The notes under the pieces were generated by a model, which searched no databases, was not told where the DNA came from, and worked only from the letters and a program-made list of their open reading frames with translations. A DNA stretch of 56,340 nt from Cyanobium sp. (lineage in GTDB: Bacteria; Cyanobacteriota; Cyanobacteriia; PCC-6307; Cyanobiaceae), in NCBI GenBank assembly GCA_049426205.1, contig JBMSXZ010000001.1:1-56340 (forward strand), given 5' to 3'. A program made the translations under genes and the position numbers. Positions 31,407 through 39,000 of this stretch are shown one piece after another (the first letter of the stretch is position 1; every line of letters begins with the position of its first letter).

Positions 31407-32558
31407 TCAGGGGGCGGCGCTGGGCTGCTCGCAGAAGCGCTGGTTGCGCTCGCGCAGTGCGGCGGCGGCGCTGTCGTAGAGGAAGGGCAGATAGCAGTAG
31501 CGGCTGCCACGGCGAACGGGTGTGACGCCATGGAGGAGGGAGCAGGAAAAGATCACGGCGCCACCGGCGGGTGGGCTGTAGAGCTGGCGGCCGAATTCAG
31601 GAAATTGCAACATGCCGCCTTCAAAGTCGCCGCTGTTGAGCACCAGGGAGACGGCAAAGCGCCGGTGGGCGGTGCCCCGGGTGGTGTTATCGCGATGGGG
31701 ACGGAAATGGCCACCATCCGCACCCTCATAGCAGGCGATCAGGTGGCGCTCGATGCGGGTGGCCTCAAACTGAAAGGCTTTTTTGATCTCGGGAACCACC
31801 CGGTCGTGGATGCGGTGCAGACAGGCCATGCGCAGTTCCTGATCCTCGATCAGCTTGTCCCGGCGGCGCTTATGGATGTGGTTGAGCACACCAACCGTGA
31901 GGCCATCAATCTCGCGCATCGTGCCGGAGTCGCCGCCGCCGCCCCGTTGGTAATAGGCGATCAGGGCCTGGCAGAGCGAGGGCTCGAACACCCGGGGCAG
32001 CACCAACACCGGGGCCTGCACCGGGGCCTCAGCCACGCCCGGCAGGGGCGGAATGGAGGCGAGCAGGGCCGCGACGGCGGCGACATGGGCGGCTGGATCG
32101 TCGCCAAAGGGCAGCACGGCATAGAGCCGCAGGCGCTCATCGAGGAGGATGGTGGCCGGCAGGTGACGGTCTCCATCGAGGCGGCCATAGAGACGACTGA
32201 TCGCACAATCAGCATCCCAGAAATAGCGAATCCCTGGCACGATCTGACTCAGCCGCTGCTGGCGTTCATCCTCGGCATCGGTGCTGACCCCAAAAAAGCA
32301 GATATTGGTATCATCAAACCAAGGTCGGCATTGCTGCATCAACCCATCCAGAACGGCGCGACTGAGGGGATTGGCGGCGGAGCCGAAGAAGCAGAGCAGC
32401 ACATAGCGTCCGGCCAGGGAATCAAAAGCGAACCGCTCATTGGCCGTGCAGCGCCCGATGAACCAGGGGGCGGGCTCCAGGGGCTGCGGGGCCCGGATCG
32501 GCGGCGCCGGGGCAGGTTCCGGCTGGGCAGGTTCCGGCTGGGCACTGGGCACTGCCAT
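31407..32558 (-). CDS. Redoxin-like / 2OG-Fe(II) oxygenase fusion protein
   Basis: N-terminal AhpC/TSA-like segment (PAPWF, LAGRYVLLCF, FFGVS); C-terminal HRD...H(LLHGV)...RY facial triad. Confidence 0.82.
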   Translation of the reverse strand: MAVPSAQPEPAQPEPAPAPPIRAPQPLEPAPWFIGRCTANERFAFDSLAGRYVLLCFFGSAANPLSRAVLDGLMQQCRPWFDDTNICFFGVSTDAEDERQQRLSQIVPGIRYFWDADCAISRLYGRLDGDRHLPATILLDERLRLYAVLPFGDDPAAHVAAVAALLASIPPLPGVAEAPVQAPVLVLPRVFEPSLCQALIAYYQRGGGGDSGTMREIDGLTVGVLNHIHKRRRDKLIEDQELRMACLHRIHDRVVPEIKKAFQFEATRIERHLIACYEGADGGHFRPHRDNTTRGTAHRRFAVSLVLNSGDFEGGMLQFPEFGRQLYSPPAGGAVIFSCSLLHGVTPVRRGSRYCYLPFLYDSAAAALRERNQRFCEQPSAAP

Positions 32559-32719
32559 CCGCGGAGCTGAGGGTAGTGGAGATCAACACTAATCCCGCAG
32601 TAAGCCCAGCGCTTTAAGCCCAGTCTCAACTGTCTTCATATCTTTTAATCTCTGCTTGTTCCCGTGCGCCCCGGTAGCCTGACCGCTCAAGGTCCGTTGC
32701 CTTGAGCTACCAGCGCATA

Positions 32720-32829
32720 GGCCCCGGCCCCAGGCCCCGGCCCCAGGGCCCACCCCCCAGGCCCCGGCCCCAGGGCCCACCCCCCGGGGTGAGCCCTGCC
32801 CTGCCCTGCCCTGCCCTGCCCTGCCCTGC
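32720..32829. repeat. C-run tandem repeats followed by (GCCCT)7
   Basis: ggccccggccccag units, two cagggcccaccccc blocks, then gccct x7 at 32793-32827. Confidence 0.85.
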
Positions 32830-32924
32830 ACAGTCCCGGTCCGATGCCGGCCCCATGCCGGCCCAGCCCGCCCCGGCGCCGCCCAGCCCGCAGCAGCGGC
32901 CCGGCCAGCCCCGAAGGCCCCGGC

Positions 32925-34082
32925 TCAGCCGCCATAGAGCCCGCGCAGGCCCGCCTCGCTGGCCGGCGCCACGCCGCGCTCGGTGATCAGGCCGCTGACC
33001 AGCCTGGCCGGGGTGACATCGAAGCCGGGATTGAAGCCGGGGCTGCCGCTGGGGGTGAGCTGCACGGTCACCAGCCGGCCGGCCTCCCCCGAGGCGCCGC
33101 CCCCTCCCCCTGCGCCGTCGGCGGCCGCACCGCCCTGCTCGGGGCTGAGCAGCCCCTGGATGTGGGTCACCTCCCGTTCGGAGCGGGCCTCGATCGGGAT
33201 CTCGGCCACGCCGTCGTCGAGGCTCCAGTCGATGGTGGAGAAGGGCAGGGCGACATAGAAGGGAACGTTGTTGTCGCGGGCGGCGAGGGCCTTGAGATAG
33301 GTGCCGATCTTGTTGCAGACATCGCCGCGGCGGGTGGTGCGATCGGTGCCCACGATCACGGCATCCACCTGGCCGTGCTGCATCAGGTGGCCGCCGGCGT
33401 TGTCGACGATCACGGTGTGGGGCACCCCCTCCTGGGCCAATTCGAAGGCGGTGAGGCTGGCGCCCTGGTTGCGAGGGCGGGTTTCATCGACCCACACCTG
33501 AATCGGGATGCCGGCCCGGTGGGCCTTGTAGATCGGTGCCAGGGCCGTGCCCCAGTCGACGGTGGCGAGCCAGCCGGCATTGCAGTGGGTGAGCACCCGC
33601 AGCGGTTCGCCCTGGCGGTCGCTGGGGCGGGCGGCGGCGATCTGGCGGAAGATCGCCAGGCCGTGGTCGCCGATGGCGGAACACATGGCCACGTCCTCCT
33701 CGGCGATGGCGGCGGCCTCCGCCCCGGCGGCGGCGGCCCGCTCGGACTCCGGCAGAGGCGCCACCCGGTCGCGCACCCGCTCCAGGGCCCAGCGCAGGTT
33801 GACGGCGGTGGGGCGGGTGGCATTGAGCCGCTCGAAGGCGGCCTGCAAGGAGGCGGTGGAGGGATCGCGCTGGAGGGCCAGCATCAGGCCGTAGGCGCCG
33901 GTCACCCCGATCAGGGGGGCGCCCCGCACCACCATCGTGGCGATGGCCTCCGCCGCATCCTCCAGGGAGCGCAGGGAACGGGTCTCGAAGCGATGGGGCA
34001 GCAGGGTCTGATCGATCACCCAGACCGCCGTGCCCCCCTCCTCCAGGCCGATGGTGCGCCAGGGGGTGCCGTGGATGTTCAT
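32925..34082 (-). CDS. mtnA: S-methyl-5-thioribose-1-phosphate isomerase
   Basis: IDQTLLP, VRGAP, RPTAVNL, LTHCNAG, DETRP, NKIGTY, FDVTP. Confidence 0.95.
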   Translation of the reverse strand: MNIHGTPWRTIGLEEGGTAVWVIDQTLLPHRFETRSLRSLEDAAEAIATMVVRGAPLIGVTGAYGLMLALQRDPSTASLQAAFERLNATRPTAVNLRWALERVRDRVAPLPESERAAAAGAEAAAIAEEDVAMCSAIGDHGLAIFRQIAAARPSDRQGEPLRVLTHCNAGWLATVDWGTALAPIYKAHRAGIPIQVWVDETRPRNQGASLTAFELAQEGVPHTVIVDNAGGHLMQHGQVDAVIVGTDRTTRRGDVCNKIGTYLKALAARDNNVPFYVALPFSTIDWSLDDGVAEIPIEARSEREVTHIQGLLSPEQGGAAADGAGGGGGASGEAGRLVTVQLTPSGSPGFNPGFDVTPARLVSGLITERGVAPASEAGLRGLYGG

Positions 34083-34520
34083 GGGGCCGGTTCAGCAGCG
34101 GAGGCGCGGGCCCATCCTGGAACCCGGGGGGTCCGGCGGGCGGCGCCCGGGTCTGGGGCATCCGCCGGGCCGAGGGGGACCCCACGGGCAGCCGGGCATC
34201 CGGGATGCGGCCGAAAAGCCCCTCGTCGGGCGCCCACGCGCCGGGCGGTCATCCTGAGAGCAGCCGCGGCACGAACCTGCGGTTCAGGGACGGGAACCGC
34301 CCAGCCGGCTCAGCCGCAGGCCTGGCTGCGACGCTGCCGCTGAAGCGATTCCAGTCGCGATTCAGAGGGCGCTTCCAAACGCGATTCCGCTCCGGACTCC
34401 ATTGCCGCCAGCCCGATCCAGCCCAGCCCCGCCGGCCCAGCTGCCGTTCCAGCCGCTCAACGGCGATCGCCTGCAGAAGCGTGTCAATGCGGCCCTGCAT
34501 CCGTGGCCTGCACATCAGGT

Positions 34521-34591
34521 CAGGGCTGCCAAAGAGTGCAGTCACGACGTGCTGGCTGCCATCGCCACCCCTCCCAGCGCCAGCATGCCCT
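34521..34591 (-). mobile_element. Remnant 3' end of an older ISAs1 copy
   Basis: Reverse complement encodes GMLALGGVAMAASTS* followed by a TIR; paralogous to GMLALGGVASRASST* of the neighbouring IS. Confidence 0.75.
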
Positions 34592-34612
34592 CAGGGCTGC
34601 CTAAAAGTGTGA

Positions 34613-35868
34613 TCAGGTCGAGCTCGCTCTGCTGGCCACGCCGCCAAGCGCAAGCATCCCTTGGATGTCGTAGGCCAACTCCCGGAGCACCTGCCGGATC
34701 AAGCGGTAGCCACCGCGCCGTAGCAGGTATGGCCTCCGGCCGACTGCGTCTCCATCACGATGCTCCGCAGGAAGGCGAACACCGGGGCCCCGATCCGGTT
34801 GGCGTAGCGATGAGCGTCTTCATCCAGCTGGGCGTCGCGGGCCCAGTGCCACTCGTTCTCCATGCTCCATCGCTGCCGGATCAGGCGCAGCAGGACTTGT
34901 GGCGTGGTGCGCACGCTGGTCAGAAACAGGTGCCGCCGCACGCTGCGGTTTCCTTTTCGGCTGAGCGTGTCGGTGGTCACCTCCACGATCCAGGCGCTGC
35001 CGGGCCAGTTGGCCTTGATGGGCTCCGATGCATCCCGGGCCCGCAGCTCCCAGATGGTGTTGCGCCCATGGCGCTTCTCGTGATCCGTTGCCGCGAAAGG
35101 GATCTTGCGCTTTCCCTCGAACTGACAGCCGATCTGGCGATGCAGCGTCTTCTGGTTGGACTTGACGGTCAGGAGCACGTCGGCCCCCTGGGAGAGGCAC
35201 CAGCGAAAAACGCCTGGGTGGTGTGGAGCGCATCCGCCTGGATCAGCACGCCATCGAGATCCAGACCGCTGAGCAGCTCTTTCAACGCCGCACGCTCACT
35301 GGATTCGTGGGTGTTGTAGGCCTTCTGGGCCAGGGCTATGCCAAGGGCCCTGGCGTAGACGGTGACTTGAGCGACAAATCGGTGGCTTCCGTCGCCTGTC
35401 TGGATGGCTGAGCCACGCAGCGTCCTGCCGTCGCACACCAACGGCTCCAGGCCATCGGCCCCAGCTGGGAACAGGCCGAGAATCCAGGCCTGAAGCACCT
35501 CCCCGAACTCCTGCAGGCGGGCCTTGTTGTAGCCGTCAGGCTTCCGCGCAGCGGTACAGGTAAAGGTACAGGTACAGGTACAGGTACAGGTACAGGTACA
35601 GGAAGGTGGCATCGGAGGGCCAGCGCTTGAAATCAAGCCCAAGAGCCTGGTTCAGGTCCTCTCGGTGCCTCATGGCGAAGGCTTCCAGATCGCGGGACCT
35701 GCGACAGCCGCTGAGGATGCCGAGCACAGTCACCAGCAGCAGGAACCACTGCGGGTAACGGACCCCGCGGCGGTAGCGGCCGTCCGGGATGGCCTTGAGG
35801 AAGCTGATCAGGTCATCCGGTGTGGGCTGAGCGGCTGCGGCAGAGGGGGTTTCGGGCATTGGAAGCAC
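34613..35868 (-). pseudogene. ISAs1 DDE transposase broken into several frames
   Basis: IPDGRYRRGVRYP, PSDATF, CDGRTLRGS, ADALHT, TVKSNQ, RQRWSMENEWHWARD...EDA spread over ORFs 35536..35868, 35169..35642, 34699..35178 and a tail ending at 34613. Confidence 0.9.
35553..35600. repeat. (GGTACA)8 microsatellite encoding Leu-Tyr repeats in the transposase
   Basis: ggtaca ggtaaa then ggtaca x6. Confidence 0.9.
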
Positions 35869-36006
35869 GGGGACCCGCCGACCGAAGCCAAGGCTGACAG
35901 CCTCGCCAAGGCCTGCCGGGACAGACTTTCAGGCAGCCCTGGGGGAGGCGGCCGGGTGGGGCCGTCCATCGGCATAGGGCATTCCGATCAGCCTCCGAGG
36001 CCCCTC

Positions 36007-39000
36007 TTAGAACACGCCGGATGGACTGATCGGCGTGCCGCAGAGCAGTTGGGTGGATGCGGTTTTGAAGCCATCGAACAAGCGCTGCGCTTCCTGCCAG
36101 GAGTCGATCACCCCCGACTGAAACACGGCGTTCTGCAGCTGCTGGAAGTCAGGTTGAGCGCTCTGCAGGCCTTGGCCGAAGGAGCCCACCACATTGGCAT
36201 CAGTGCCCCACTGGGCATTGCTCCATTGGCTGTAGGCCGAGAGCAGTCCGAGGCGATAGCGATCCACGGCCTTGGTGCTTTGAAGCAGGTACAGAGGCAG
36301 TTCCGTTTTGCTGAGGCCCTGGGCGACGGCCAGTTCGGCCTGGGCCGTTTCAGCCGCCGTGGCAGGGCGGCCATAGAGGGTCATGGAGGTGATCTCCACA
36401 ATGCTGCTGACACTCTGACTTTCCAGAGGCCCGCGGAAGTGGTCTTGCACCAACAGGTTCGTGATCGGATCAGCGACGAATTGCTGCACCATCAAGCCAG
36501 CGCTGTCACCCTGTCCCAGGGAATCTGCAGCCCAGTAAGCACCAACACCAGGTGTGACGATTCCACCGCAGTAGGCCGTATAAACCAGGTTGGCAAGGTT
36601 GTTGCGCGCCTCCACTTGGGAGGGGCTGAAGGTGGTGGCGGCAGTGCTGGTGGTGATCCCCTCGAGATCCTGATCATCGACCGTGTTGATCTGTTTGAAA
36701 TTGATCACGAGTTGTTGGGCCGTATTGATCAGCTGATCCGAGCTAGACGCCGTGCCGTTGGCCCCATTGCCCTGGGCGATCAACAGCCGTTCCCCGGCCA
36801 GCAAACCGCCATTGGCGCGGGCACCGTTAAACACAGGCGTCGCAGCTGTCACGTCATCCGCCAACTGATCGATAGCCTGCAGATGCAAGGGATAGTTGGT
36901 TGCATCGAGATTGATGACATGCTGATCATCAAGCGGATGCATGAGGCCGCTCCCATGCTGATGCGTCCCAGCCGCCACGGGCTCGGATGTGGCGATGAAG
37001 TGGCCGGCATCTAGGGCCAGGCTAAACAGCTTGGTACCACTGGACGTTTGCGCGGTCACCAGTAGATTTTCAATCGCGGACTGGGCGTATCCATTGAAGC
37101 CGTTGGTGAGCACTACATGATTCACCGACTTGAGAGAGTCGTCGATCAGCAGCGCATCGGCAAGCAAAGCTTTGCTGGGGTCATACCCTCCCTCGAATCT
37201 GCCTGTCTGCAACGCCAGTGACAAGGCCGCCCCATCGATGATGGTGATACGCAGACCACCATCAATCGCATAGGCCAATGCGTAATCTGGAAAGTTGTCC
37301 AGATTGAAGTCGCCAACACTGAAGCTCGTCAGGTCACTACTCAGATTCGCGAGCGGGCTGTAAACGGGTGTGCCGCTGCCGTGATCCATCCCGCCATGAT
37401 CTGGGCTGCCATGGTGGGGAATGAACTCCCATGGATTCAAGGCAAACTCTTCTTCCCACGCATCACCGGAGCCGGATCGCGTCCAGCCTTTAATCGTGAA
37501 GTCGTGGACGTTGACGAGGCCCGCGGGCCGGGTCACCCCGGCGCCAGGCACGAAACCGCCGGTGAGGATGTCTTTGCTGCCGTCGCCCGTGAAATCGTCG
37601 ACAAAAGCCCAAGGCGCCTGGCTGACACCCTCGTAGGGGATGAATGTGCCGCGGACCTGGGTCTCACCAGTATCCAGCAACCGCCGGCCGTCGATCACAC
37701 GCACAGCGCCATCACCCGACGATGCCACCAGCAGATCCTGAACGAAATCACGATTCAGATCACCAACCTGAAAACGCTCAAGATAGACATTGTCATTGGT
37801 CTCGACCCGCACCCCATAGCGGGCCATGTTGCTAGCAAGCTGTAGTTCGAAACGTTGCTCCAGCGATGCAGTGGCGTTGCCGTCAGATGTCGCGCTCCTA
37901 CGACGCTCAACCGGAACGCCCTCGGCTGCGAGAAGCCAACTCCATTTGGTGTTGTCAATGACCATAACAGCTTGCATCATGCCGGCATCCTCATGGGGGA
38001 TGATGTGGCAGTGAAAGACATAGGCTCCCAGGTAGTCCTGGAACAGCATCTTGACGGTTTGGGTATTGGCGCCATAGGTGGCAAGCTCGCGCACGGTTTC
38101 CGGCTTCAGCGCCTCTTCAATTGTATGCAACTCGCCTTCAAGTGGCTGCTTCTCTACAATTCCAATCGGCTTTCCCGACGCCGGATCAGCATTAATATTG
38201 TAATATTTATAGCCACTTGAGTTAATCATCGTCACGTCTTCAAGGTTGCGCTTATTCATCAGCTCCGAGTCACTATTCTTCACCTGGAAATCGTTAATAT
38301 GGACATGGAAGGGGTGGCCAATATACTGATTCGATTGGGATGCTTTTTTCCCAATCCCGGCAGCGGCGACACTCCAGTTGACGTTTGTCCATTGCTCTAC
38401 GGTGCCAACTTGGGCAATCGTTAGGTTACCGTTTGGGAAGACATGATCATTAATCAGGAAGGGGTTGTCATAGCCAAGCCAAGATGTTGGAGCCGCCTTA
38501 AAAGCCGATGTTCCGAGCCCGTTCAGGAGACCTTGAATCGGCAAAGGCCGGTAGCGTTTATAGTGATAGTCAATACCCTTGAATTCTGGCAGAGCCTCGA
38601 TTCTGGCCAGTTCCTGCTGCGTGGCAGCGTCATAGTCCTGTTTGGGGCCAACCAACGTTCCACGGGTCCAATTGAATTCGCGTTGACGCGTAGCTTTCCA
38701 AATGTCTTGTCCATCAGGCGTCTGCGCAAACAGATCGATGCTGGGCACAGCTTGAGGATCCAGGTCGCCGGGTAATGTGGTCGGCAGGACTGTTTGCACC
38801 TTGATGCCCGCATTCGCCTCCTGAATCACGGCATCTTGTTGGGCTTTGCTCAGTGTTGGTACCGACTGATTGACATTGAGAGTGGCCAGTTGGCCGGGCC
38901 CAAGCGAACCCAAGTCGTAGGGATCCGACGGATTGATAAGCGTGTTCGTACTTGCGAGATCAGGATAACTTCCCATATTCAGAATGTTGAAGTCCGTGAC

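Larger units (their letters stand above)
34592..35941 (-). mobile_element. ISAs1 family insertion sequence (1350 bp, defective)
   Basis: TIRs CAGGGCTGCCTAAAAGT / CAGGGCTGCCTGAAAGT (16 of 17 match) enclosing transposase fragments. Confidence 0.9.

Noticed and set aside
32580-32715. Known riboswitch (SAM, SAH, cobalamin, glutamine) upstream of the oxygenase
   Set aside because: No consensus core could be matched by eye; kept only as an unassigned hairpin
34347-34406. Degenerate 12-bp periodicity (cgattccagtcg, cgattcagaggg, cgcttccaaacg, cgattccgctcc)
   Set aside because: Too short and divergent to support a functional array
34249-34545. Minus-strand ORF as the gene interrupted by the transposon
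   Set aside because: It also joins in frame across the element but has no recognisable motif; the plus-strand DUF433-like join is more convincing
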